Part shown: positions 1-8,933 of the stretch, one piece after another | How positions within the stretch are numbered: the first letter of the stretch is position 1 | Layout of the letters: every line of letters starts with the position of its first letter | Assembly (NCBI GenBank): GCA_963819815.1 | Contig: CAWFXL010000001.1 | Location: 576,001-640,000 of the forward strand | Reading direction: 5' to 3' | Length of the DNA stretch: 64,000 nt | Origin: an uncultured bacterium | GTDB taxonomy: Bacteria > Babelota > Babeliae > Babelales > Babelaceae | Notes under the pieces: generated by a model | Database searches by the model: none | What the model was told of the DNA's origin: nothing | What the model saw: the letters and a program-made list of their open reading frames with translations, nothing else | Made by a program: the position numbers and the translations under genes

Positions 1-170
1 GTAAAACAGCGGTTCGTCATGGTGTCTATCTCAGTGTCATGCATCTACTTGAGCATCACCGGCTCTTCGACAAGCCGATTGCTCTTGGCGCAGGATTCAA
101 CTTCAATCGCCTTGGACGATTTGATGCAAATAGTTATCTTGCGTGGCTGAACATCACACTTATCTTCTGA
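1..170 (+). CDS. 3' end of a gene entering the window; possible outer-membrane beta-barrel protein
   Basis: Open frame from position 3 to TGA 168-170 (...GAGFNFNRLGRFDANSYLAWLNITLIF*); alternating hydrophobic residues and terminal Phe resemble a beta-signal. Confidence 0.45.
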   Translation, partial: KTAVRHGVYLSVMHLLEHHRLFDKPIALGAGFNFNRLGRFDANSYLAWLNITLIF

Positions 171-196
171 TACTAAAATACACCCACATACCTATT

Positions 197-916
197 CTAC
201 GGAACTGTATCTTCAAGCTCCTGTTCCTTCTGCAAACTGCTAGGAACAAGCACGCCATCTTCAATCTCTAGAATACGATCAGCAAAAGACAAAATGCGCG
301 GATCATGCGTTACCACAACGATGGTTGTATTAAAACTCTTCTTGATAGCAACAAGAAGCTCCATAATCTGGAGGCCTCGGCTGCGATCAAGAAAGCTCGT
401 CGGTTCATCACACAAAATAATGCTTGGCTGATGAATACAAGCGCGCGCAATGGCCACCCTCTGCTGTTCACCTCCTGAAAGTTCCGAGGGAACTCGGTAC
501 CGTTGACTATCAAGACCGAATCTCACCAGATATTCTTCAGCTTTTGCAAAGGCCTCATCACGAGCAGTTCCCTTAATGAGGAGGGGCAGCGCTGCATTTT
601 CAACTGCATTGAGCGTTGGCACTAAATTAAAATTTTGAAAGATAAAACCGATATGGTTACCTCTAAATGACGTCCGTTCATCCTCGTCCATCTTTCGTAA
701 CTCTTTGCCAAGGATATAACACTCGCCATTCGAAGCAGTTAAAATACCTCCAATAATGGAAAGGAGCGTTGTTTTTCCAGAGCCGGAAGGTCCCATGAGC
801 ATAACCAACTCACTAGCAGAGGCAGAGAAGTTAATATCCTTGAGGGTATCAACACGCCCTGCGCCTTCATTAAAATGCTTCGAAATATGTACACATTCGA
901 TGGTGGTATTCTTCAT
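197..916 (-). CDS. ABC transporter ATP-binding protein (DevA/LolD/MacB-type)
   Basis: Walker A GPSGSGKT, signature LSGGEQQR, Walker B ILCDEPT, H-loop VTHD. Confidence 0.95.
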   Translation of the reverse strand: MKNTTIECVHISKHFNEGAGRVDTLKDINFSASASELVMLMGPSGSGKTTLLSIIGGILTASNGECYILGKELRKMDEDERTSFRGNHIGFIFQNFNLVPTLNAVENAALPLLIKGTARDEAFAKAEEYLVRFGLDSQRYRVPSELSGGEQQRVAIARACIHQPSIILCDEPTSFLDRSRGLQIMELLVAIKKSFNTTIVVVTHDPRILSFADRILEIEDGVLVPSSLQKEQELEDTVP

Positions 917-2070
917 CGTTTAAATATCGTTGCTAACTCAAGTGCATATATACGTCGTATACTTATCAGTGCAGCCATAGCACAAATAGCTGCCATAAGC
1001 ACCCCAGTGAGTACAAGCAGTTGCCAGGGCAGATAAAAGGCCAGCTCAGTCGATGATGTCACAAAACCTAACAGAGCAGCTGCTCCTGTACCGATACTCC
1101 AGCCAAGAAAAGCCAACCACAACGCCTGTATAATTGTCATACGCGCAAGGAGCCTCCGAGATGCGCCCATGATGGCAAATAGGGCAAGATAGGGTAAATT
1201 GTCGGTAGTAAAATTATAAAAGATTTGTCCTGCAATGGCGGCACCTACAAGAAGCCCAAGGAGCACTGCTATCCCAAAGTTAATAGGGATGCCGGTCTCA
1301 AGCATATAATAGCTCATAGTCTTCCAGGCAAATTCATCTTTGGTATATGCAGCAAGCCCTGTTCGAGCTGATATTTTTTTGCAGAGCTCTTTCAAAGATA
1401 CGGAAGATTGTGCTTTCACTAAAATATAGGAAAGCATCTTTCGTTCATAGGGAGTATACGCAAGAGCTCGTTTGTACGTGGTATATATCACCGGATTTGA
1501 CTGGAATGATCTCGTCACTTCACAGATTCCCACCACAAAGGCGCGTCTATCATTGAGCTCGATAGCTTCTCCTACACGCAAGGGAACTTTAGGTAACCCC
1601 GGTCCTTGAGACCGTGCAAGTTTATCCTCAGCTCCTATCTTATTAACAATAATAGCATCAGGTCTACGTAGTTCCTCAAGTCTTCCTTCGACCATACGGG
1701 GTGGCCCTCCAATTAAGGTTGCATCATCGATGCCCAAAAGAGTACACATCTGCATGGTTCCATCATCAAGGCGTGCACGTATTTCGCCTTTATACAAGGG
1801 CGCTGCCCAAGCAACTCCCTCAACCGATCGTACGTGAAAAAGTGCATTATAGCGCATAGGACTTACATCATCGACAAATCGCACATTAGGATCCATAACC
1901 CAAATATCTGCTTGGTTCGCATCGGTAATAGAACCAAACGTTCTTCTCATAAGTCCCAGAAATATGCCAGACTGCTGCGTAATAATAAGCGCAGAAAATG
2001 AGAGACTCAGAACCATACCAATATACTTCGCGCGATCTTCGGTAAGCATTTTAATGGCAATCTTATACAT
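913..2070 (-). CDS. ABC exporter permease (DevC/FtsX-MacB family)
   Basis: N-terminal TM, periplasmic domain (ADIWVMD), three C-terminal TMs; overlaps neighbouring genes. Confidence 0.9.
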   Translation of the reverse strand: MYKIAIKMLTEDRAKYIGMVLSLSFSALIITQQSGIFLGLMRRTFGSITDANQADIWVMDPNVRFVDDVSPMRYNALFHVRSVEGVAWAAPLYKGEIRARLDDGTMQMCTLLGIDDATLIGGPPRMVEGRLEELRRPDAIIVNKIGAEDKLARSQGPGLPKVPLRVGEAIELNDRRAFVVGICEVTRSFQSNPVIYTTYKRALAYTPYERKMLSYILVKAQSSVSLKELCKKISARTGLAAYTKDEFAWKTMSYYMLETGIPINFGIAVLLGLLVGAAIAGQIFYNFTTDNLPYLALFAIMGASRRLLARMTIIQALWLAFLGWSIGTGAAALLGFVTSSTELAFYLPWQLLVLTGVLMAAICAMAALISIRRIYALELATIFKR

Positions 2071-3490
2071 CGCATGCTCCTTCAGCCCAACCGCCTCCCA
2101 ATGCCTTGTACACCGTTACTAACGATATGCTTACGCCACGTTGTGCATCGGTAAGCAACCGCTCTATCTCAATACGCGTTTTCTCCGCAAGAAGATATTG
2201 GCTCTGATCAACAAGTCCCGCTTTGAAAAGATCTTTGGTAAGATCACGCTCCTTACGTACTGCAGATAATCTATTTTCAAGATAGGCTACTCGTTCTTGC
2301 TCTTTACAATGGGCAACAAGAGCTTGCTCAACATCGGTACATGCAGCCACGACACTTTGACAATAGGCAAGAAGCGCTTGGCGCTGAATAGCAGTTTTAG
2401 CCTGAATATTATAGGTCACTCGTCCAAAATTTACGAGCGGCCACCGTGTCGTAAAGTCCACCAGCCAGTTTAAGCTTCCAGCTGAGAACCACGTACGCGG
2501 GTAACTTGACTCGGTACCCACCGTACAGATCAAAGGAAATCGTGGGAAGAAGTCGGCAATTGCTTCCCCTATACGCTCAGTACTCGCAGCAAGTAACCTT
2601 TCTGCAGCTCGGATATCAGGACGCCGTCTGAGAAGCTCTGAGGGTAGTCCTGTTTTAAGAGGAAGGCTCGCCTGAGGAACTCGACCTGTATAGCGTTCAT
2701 CCTGTTCACCCCATACAAACCCTTCAGGCAGTTCTCCCAATACAAGTGCAAGCCCCTGTTTCGTTTGCGCATATAGCATCTCTAAAAGAGGCAACTGACT
2801 CTTAGACTCTTCAAGTTGTGAAAAGGTTTGCTGCACAAGAATGTTGCTATCAATGCCCGACGCAAAACGAACATTCTGTAGATCAAGAAGAGCAGTATCA
2901 ATGGTGATATACTCTTTAAGAAGCTGAATGTTTTTCTCAAGTGTCCGTAAATTAATATATGCTGCTGCTACATCGCTTACTAAAATAACATAGACACCGC
3001 GAGCATCTTCTACCGATGCTTCATATTCGGCATAGGCAGCACTGTACGCCCTTCTTAATCTGCCCCAGACATCGATCTCCCAAAGAACTGTCACTGCACA
3101 GCGTAAAAAATCAAGCGTGAACTGATTTGGCAGAAGAAATTCGTTTTGAGCAAGCTGTGCGCTATAATGCTCCCGATTAACTCTCAAAGCACCATCTGCC
3201 TCAGGAAATAGTTTTGCATGATTAATCTGATAATATGCCTCAAGCTCTTCTATACGAGTAAGCGCAATACGGAAATCATAATTATTGCAGGTTGCACGCT
3301 TTACAAGCTCTGTTAAACACTCGTCAGAGAAAACGGTCCACCAACAGGTCAGGTCCATTGCCTCTTTCTGAGCCTCCTTTCCTATCTGATCAAACGAATG
3401 TGGTAGACAAACCTTTGGGCGCACATAGCGAGGACCCACCATACATCCAGGCAATGTCAGAAAAAGAAGCATGATCATACCCTGCTTCAT
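2063..3490 (-). CDS. Efflux outer-membrane factor lipoprotein (TolC/NodT family)
   Basis: Lipobox LPGC, WEIDVWGRLRR, ELLRRRPDIRAAE, YKALGGGW. Confidence 0.95.
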   Translation of the reverse strand: MKQGMIMLLFLTLPGCMVGPRYVRPKVCLPHSFDQIGKEAQKEAMDLTCWWTVFSDECLTELVKRATCNNYDFRIALTRIEELEAYYQINHAKLFPEADGALRVNREHYSAQLAQNEFLLPNQFTLDFLRCAVTVLWEIDVWGRLRRAYSAAYAEYEASVEDARGVYVILVSDVAAAYINLRTLEKNIQLLKEYITIDTALLDLQNVRFASGIDSNILVQQTFSQLEESKSQLPLLEMLYAQTKQGLALVLGELPEGFVWGEQDERYTGRVPQASLPLKTGLPSELLRRRPDIRAAERLLAASTERIGEAIADFFPRFPLICTVGTESSYPRTWFSAGSLNWLVDFTTRWPLVNFGRVTYNIQAKTAIQRQALLAYCQSVVAACTDVEQALVAHCKEQERVAYLENRLSAVRKERDLTKDLFKAGLVDQSQYLLAEKTRIEIERLLTDAQRGVSISLVTVYKALGGGWAEGACDV

Positions 3491-4395
3491 GGCGCACCAA
3501 TCGGTTCAGTCTCGATAAAAATATCTAGGGATTGTCCTACATAGATTGGATATGCTTCTTTAGAAAACACATAGACTACTTGTAATACACGAGTATCAAC
3601 TCGATCAAGGTTAGAGCCGGAAAGAGTTTTCTTGGGAATCATAAATGGTTCTAGATAATCAAAGATAAGTGGTATCGAAATACGCGGATTGCCACGCACA
3701 AAGGCCGTTGCTGCAGCTCCCTTTTTGTAGCGCCATGCATCAGTTTCATCGATATCTATGCGCATTTGGTAACGATTTACTTCACCAAAAACCATAGTCG
3801 GAATGTTATCAAATGGATTTGCATTTGCATATTCACCAACTTTTGCATGGCCAGCCTGCAAGATTTTTCCATCACAGGGAGCACGGGTAATACTCCGTTC
3901 CATTTCAGTTTTGAAAACCTCTACGGCTGCGCTTGCTGTTGCAAGTCGATTCTTAGCGAGCTCATAGTCATAGTACGCCACAGTAAATGCTTGTTCACTC
4001 ACTGCTGCTTTATCTTTGAGCCTATGATAATAGGAAAACTGCTTCTCTTTATTCTCAAGATCAGTTTTTGCTGAACGCTCTTCCTCTTGAGCCTTGTGAA
4101 GTTCAGCCTCAAAGCGCCGGGTATCGAGTTTAAAGAGTGGTTCTCCCTTTTTAACTTCATCTCCCACGCAATGATATACTTCCATAATCAGTTCAGAAAA
4201 AGCAGGCCCTATGTTTATATTCTCAGCCTGAGCCTCAATCACCCCTTCAGCAGCAATGCTATGAGGATATGGTGATCGCGCTGGCTCAAAAAGAAGAGGT
4301 GGTACTATAGGTTTGGAACGCCCCTTATAGACCATGGCGAGTGAGGCGAGAATACCAAGCAGGGCAAGGAAAGGAATAAATCTATGGCGCCACAT
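3487..4395 (-). CDS. Efflux membrane-fusion protein (HlyD/DevB-like)
   Basis: N-terminal TM, VGDEVKKGEPLFKLD lipoyl half-motif, coiled coil, ITRAPCDG, DRVDTRVLQVVY; first gene of exporter operon. Confidence 0.9.
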   Translation of the reverse strand: MWRHRFIPFLALLGILASLAMVYKGRSKPIVPPLLFEPARSPYPHSIAAEGVIEAQAENINIGPAFSELIMEVYHCVGDEVKKGEPLFKLDTRRFEAELHKAQEEERSAKTDLENKEKQFSYYHRLKDKAAVSEQAFTVAYYDYELAKNRLATASAAVEVFKTEMERSITRAPCDGKILQAGHAKVGEYANANPFDNIPTMVFGEVNRYQMRIDIDETDAWRYKKGAAATAFVRGNPRISIPLIFDYLEPFMIPKKTLSGSNLDRVDTRVLQVVYVFSKEAYPIYVGQSLDIFIETEPIGAP

Positions 4396-4570
4396 TCTGT
4401 CCTTTAAAGCTCATCAAATATCGTCATATACGTATCATCCGAAATCGAAGAGAGTATACTGCATTGAGAAGCGTTAATTCAATAGTTTCAAGCTCTCACA
4501 CTTTTGAACTCGGAAAGATGGAGAGCCTTGAGTAAACTGCAAGGATCCCAGTACTTCTCGTAGGGAAGAG

Positions 4571-5251
4571 CTACAATGAAGAACAGGAACCTAAACATCT
4601 TTCTGGAGGAACAGACGTATCAAGAAGTCTTATTTCGATTCTTTCAAGAGACTTACCGGGATGTTCTCTTTTTAATGAGACAAAGCCTACTTCACCTGTC
4701 GATGTAACGTGAGTTCCACCACACGGAACCTCTGCAAACCCTTCTATCTTCCAAAAACGCCTTTGGGTTGTTTCATCTGAATATCCTGTTTTTATCACAA
4801 GATTTTTATCGATTATTTCGTTGTATTTTTTTAATATTTCATCAAAAAGAGTTGAAATATTACTATCAGCTTTAAAATCTATCCGAGACTTACTTTCCGA
4901 GATATGTGCTCCTACTTTTTCAAAGGTATAGTTCTGCGTAACAATTTCAAGAATCAGCTCCGCAGCGAAATGAAGCCGCATAAGTCTATGTCTTCGTGGC
5001 CAATCGATGGTCATGGTAACGATATCGCCTTCTGCAAACGCGTGGTTATCGGGTAACGTATAGTAGATACGATTGCCTTCACGTCGAGAATCTAATAACG
5101 GCACACCATTAATCCATGCTGTATCACTCTCTTGGCCGCCGGCAAAGGAATAGGCAATCGTTGCCTCAAATAACACTTGAGTTCCTTCAAGTGAAATAAT
5201 TTTGGTAACCAGCTCTGTTTGATAGGGATTTTCCCAAAATACTTTTCTCAC
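4571..5251 (-). CDS. alaX: AlaX-type trans-editing alanyl-tRNA deacylase
   Basis: GGQESD, MRLHFAAE, CGGTHV zinc-binding editing motifs. Confidence 0.85.
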   Translation of the reverse strand: MRKVFWENPYQTELVTKIISLEGTQVLFEATIAYSFAGGQESDTAWINGVPLLDSRREGNRIYYTLPDNHAFAEGDIVTMTIDWPRRHRLMRLHFAAELILEIVTQNYTFEKVGAHISESKSRIDFKADSNISTLFDEILKKYNEIIDKNLVIKTGYSDETTQRRFWKIEGFAEVPCGGTHVTSTGEVGFVSLKREHPGKSLERIEIRLLDTSVPPERCLGSCSSL

Positions 5252-5551
5252 GCTCTACTCTCAGTACTTTTAACTATACCACTCCTAAAGAAACACCTAG
5301 CTCCGCTCTTGAGTATATCTCTTCATCCGCTAAAGACAATACATTGAGTAACTCGATAAGCGATGACAAGCATTGGATCAAGACAAGCTCACCATTTCTG
5401 TTGGTGTTTTGTTTCTGTTCTTGATCAATCAGGTTCCTGTGGTAGTAGCAGCTCGTCAACGCGATCTATGCTTTTAGGTCGAACGAGCAGTTGCTGGTTT
5501 TCTATATTTCTGATAGCCTAAATAAAAAACAACACTATTTTGGAGAATTCA

Positions 5552-6211
5552 ATGAACCATTCTTTAAAAAAGCTTCTCATAACCGGATTAGTAGTCAGTC
5601 AGACGGTTGCAAACCCTCCTCGGACTCCTTTAAAAAAAGCTGCTCACCCCATTCTTCCTCTCATGCTAGAGCGTCAATCTAAATATGACCTACATAGAAC
5701 CCTTACTCCACAAGCAACCAGAGAAAAACTCAAATCTCTCTTTGAGGCTGCTCGATGGGCTCCATCCTCTTTTAATATGCAACCATGGCGATTTATTTAT
5801 GCGGTTCACGGAACCCCTCAATGGGATCAACTCTATAAGCTCTTAGTACCTTTCAATCAAACGTGGGTAGCAAATGCTAATGCCTTAATTCTGGTCATCT
5901 CAAAAAACACCTCCGATTATAAAGGTAAACCAAATCAAACACATTCCTTTGACACAGGACTTGCGGTATCTCAACTAAAGCTCCAAGCAACCAGTATGGG
6001 CCTCGTTGCTCATGGTATGGCTGGGTTTGATTATGAGCAGGCACGCAAAGACTTTAAGCTGTCAAAAGATTATACGGTAGAAGCTATGATCGCGATTGGC
6101 GAACCAGCATCTAAAGAACATTCTTCGAAAGAATTTGCTGAACGTGATGCACAACCGGCTCAACGAAAAGCTCTTAATGAGTTTGTCTTTGAAGGATGCT
6201 TCGTCGCCTAA
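5552..6211 (+). CDS. Nitroreductase family protein with N-terminal signal-like extension
   Basis: EAARWAPSSFNMQPWRF, FDTG, HGMAGFD; ATG 5552 after GGAG. Confidence 0.9.
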   Translation: MNHSLKKLLITGLVVSQTVANPPRTPLKKAAHPILPLMLERQSKYDLHRTLTPQATREKLKSLFEAARWAPSSFNMQPWRFIYAVHGTPQWDQLYKLLVPFNQTWVANANALILVISKNTSDYKGKPNQTHSFDTGLAVSQLKLQATSMGLVAHGMAGFDYEQARKDFKLSKDYTVEAMIAIGEPASKEHSSKEFAERDAQPAQRKALNEFVFEGCFVA

Positions 6212-6231
6212 AGAAAAGTATCTCTCTGAAC

Positions 6232-6258
6232 AAAGCCCTGGAATAACCAGGGCTTTTG
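6232..6258. terminator. Probable bidirectional intrinsic terminator
   Basis: AAAGCCCTGG-AATAA-CCAGGGCTTTT between convergent genes. Confidence 0.75.
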
Positions 6259-6263
6259 TATCA

Positions 6264-6626
6264 TCATTTTTCTAAAATCTTCTTTTTTTTCGAAGGTTTC
6301 TTTTTCCCCGATCGAACTGAAACCTCGCAGGCTTTTGCTATCCAAACAGGAAGTTCATCACGATTTTCTAAGATCGATTCGGGCAAGGTCATGTAGGGCA
6401 TTGCTACAGTTTTTGATTTTCCCTGGTACACAAATTGCTGCGCATCATAGCCCTCAAAATCTCCACGCGTGAGTTCGTCAACCTTAAAATAAAGCTGATC
6501 TTCAACAATGATGGCAAAGATAACCCCACCGCAGTAGAAAGCGTACCCACCAAAAAGAGCTTTAGCGGTCATCGGGCCATGGGGTTTAAACATATCAAGG
6601 ACATATTGAGCATACTGATGTTTCAT
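6264..6626 (-). CDS. TfoX/Sxy N-terminal domain protein
   Basis: KALFGGYAFYCGGVIFAII, LYFKVD, F.Y...MPY typical of TfoX_N. Confidence 0.85.
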   Translation of the reverse strand: MKHQYAQYVLDMFKPHGPMTAKALFGGYAFYCGGVIFAIIVEDQLYFKVDELTRGDFEGYDAQQFVYQGKSKTVAMPYMTLPESILENRDELPVWIAKACEVSVRSGKKKPSKKKKILEK

Positions 6627-6702
6627 CGAAGAACCTCTCACTGAACTTTTCACTGATAGAGCTCAAGTATAGCTTAGATTGGCCTTCTATGAAACTGGAG
6701 GG

Positions 6703-7041
6703 TTATTTTTTAGAGGGAGATGAGTTATCAAAAACCACCTTAGGCCCTACGTTGCCATCGGGAAACTCCACCCATACTTCCTTGCCAAAAGTGAAGAAAC
6801 CTGAATAAAAGCTCGTGAGTTCGCCATCCATGCGTCGTTCAATGCGAGCCATAACACCTTCGGCCTCAGGAGTATCATCAACTACAACGCGAAAGGTAAG
6901 GTCTAGGTAACCTGTAATATCAAGAGGAAACTGAACGTCCTTATAGGTTTTTGCGATACGCAAAAAATCAGTTTTAAGTGTCACCGCATTGAGCGAGAAG
7001 CTCATCCATGCAACAGAAGCAATAAGTAGATGTTTCAGCAT
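6703..7041 (-). CDS. Hypothetical secreted protein
   Basis: AAGGAG RBS, signal peptide MLKHLLIASVAWMSFSLNA. Confidence 0.7.
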   Translation of the reverse strand: MLKHLLIASVAWMSFSLNAVTLKTDFLRIAKTYKDVQFPLDITGYLDLTFRVVVDDTPEAEGVMARIERRMDGELTSFYSGFFTFGKEVWVEFPDGNVGPKVVFDNSSPSKK

Positions 7042-7227
7042 AGTATCTCTCCTTAGTATTTTTATGTAGTACATACCTACTGAGGGGATTCTAGCATACG
7101 AGGAATACCAGAAACAAGAGTTTTAAAAAAAGAACTCATTGCAGTTACCGCTCGACGCCAATGCCTATTTTATTTTAGAATATTGCAGACCCTAACAATA
7201 TACATTGCATGATAGTGCGTAAGTTCC

Positions 7228-8826
7228 TTAGCTCGCATCAAATTGGGAAGGCAAAGGCCTCGATTCTCTCTCAGTTTTTTTATCAAAAGAGCCCCCCCGG
7301 AGAAGCTCAATCATGAAATAGGCCATAACACACCCTGATCCAATGAGAAATGCTTTTGAGGGAGTCAACCAAGGAGTTACTTTCTCAGTCTTCGCTGATG
7401 GGGTTTTCATTTGACCGGGTTTTTTTTTATCTATAGAGCTTGCATCTTGGCTTTCACCATCTGAGATACCATGTAACAGAAGTACGGCGAGCTCTTCCTT
7501 ACGTTTTTTAAGTTGAGCTTGATAGTCTTTAATCGAGGTAGAACCTGCAAAGGCAATGCCCGCTTTATCTAATCCTCTAAGCCACGCCTCTAGTTCTTCA
7601 ATCATTACCAGATCAACTCCCGCAAGGCCAATTTCTATCTGCTTAGGTAACTCTTTTTTAAGCGCAGCTACGTATGGTCGTACCATTTCTGAGTTATTCC
7701 TAAGAATAGCTATCCCTTCTTCATCAAGGTTATTATTTTGAATGCAGCTCAGAATATGCTGAGCTGCTCCATAATATTTCTTATAGTACTGCCATCTTTT
7801 AGGAGTAACGGCATCTTTAATCTTTTTAGCCTGCTCATCACCTGCTTCACTGAGCTCTTCAATAACTTCTCCTAATGCAATGCTCGGATCAAATAAATAT
7901 CTTGCAGTAGCAGGACAGCAGGAAACTTCGTCAGCAACTGCAGCAAAATCCTTTGATATCTTCGCATAGAGCATCACTTCTTTACAGGAGGTCTCACCCC
8001 CTCGCATGGCGTAGAGACTATATACTTTCTGCGCCTCCTTATCACCTTGTTTGATCTGGTCCTTCAACAAGGTACCTAAAGCCACTTCGTTACCGGCTGC
8101 TGATACCATAATCTCTGCAAAGTTTGCTTTGTAAATTGCACTCGGGAAATCTTTCCTTAGAAAGGCTCGTATCAACTCCTTAATTCCAACCTTGTTATAG
8201 ACTTCTTGCACTCTCTTAATCAGATCTCGCAATTGAGCATAGTCGTCCAAGAGTTGTATTTCAGGACTACTCGACTCAGTCCGATAAGTTTCCCACAATG
8301 CTCCGTAGGCATCCTTAATCACTCGTGCATGCCCATTGCCTTCATACAGACTCATTTCGACATAATAGCCCAAACTGTTCAAATCTATAAGGACATTAAA
8401 TGGGTTCACGTATTCGATAACAAAAGGATAATCATGTATAAGGTGAGCAGTATCCGCCAAACCGATATTACCCATCTTTCCTTCAAGATAGCGCTTACCC
8501 TCCTCTGAAGAGAAGTAAGCATCCATAATCGCCTTCTCGCGAGAATCTTGAGCATTAAGTCGACCAATAATTTCTGCAATCGTAGTCTCATTACCTTGAT
8601 CAGTAACTATAATATATTGTAGGGGGAGGGTTAAAATACCCTGAGGCAGATGCCCTTTTTTAAGGGCTTCTACAAATGCTCGCGAACCCTTCTCTGCAAC
8701 CATCTTTTTGAGATTTGCTACATCTTCATCACTGAAAAAAAATTTTCTCGCAACAGGTGGGGCATCTGATGAGAGAATCGATGAACTATAACTGAGCACA
8801 CATGCGAGTAGAAGAATGTTTTTCAT
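7228..8826 (-). CDS. Hypothetical exported protein with internal repeat and C-terminal TM anchor
   Basis: AAGGA RBS, signal MKNILLLACVLSYSSSILS, hydrophobic C-terminal helix AFLIGSGCVMAYFMI. Confidence 0.75.
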   Translation of the reverse strand: MKNILLLACVLSYSSSILSSDAPPVARKFFFSDEDVANLKKMVAEKGSRAFVEALKKGHLPQGILTLPLQYIIVTDQGNETTIAEIIGRLNAQDSREKAIMDAYFSSEEGKRYLEGKMGNIGLADTAHLIHDYPFVIEYVNPFNVLIDLNSLGYYVEMSLYEGNGHARVIKDAYGALWETYRTESSSPEIQLLDDYAQLRDLIKRVQEVYNKVGIKELIRAFLRKDFPSAIYKANFAEIMVSAAGNEVALGTLLKDQIKQGDKEAQKVYSLYAMRGGETSCKEVMLYAKISKDFAAVADEVSCCPATARYLFDPSIALGEVIEELSEAGDEQAKKIKDAVTPKRWQYYKKYYGAAQHILSCIQNNNLDEEGIAILRNNSEMVRPYVAALKKELPKQIEIGLAGVDLVMIEELEAWLRGLDKAGIAFAGSTSIKDYQAQLKKRKEELAVLLLHGISDGESQDASSIDKKKPGQMKTPSAKTEKVTPWLTPSKAFLIGSGCVMAYFMIELLRGGSFDKKTERESRPLPSQFDAS

Positions 8827-8933
8827 GTGATCCTTTTTGAGTAACAAGTATATACAAGTGCCATGCAAGGAGCGCCAAATACATACCATCTCGCACTAAA
8901 GCATCCGTTAACCTAACAGGCTTACCTTAATCT

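Noticed and set aside
5274..5459. 61-aa minus-strand ORF upstream of alaX
   Set aside because: TTG start, no RBS and no recognisable motif.
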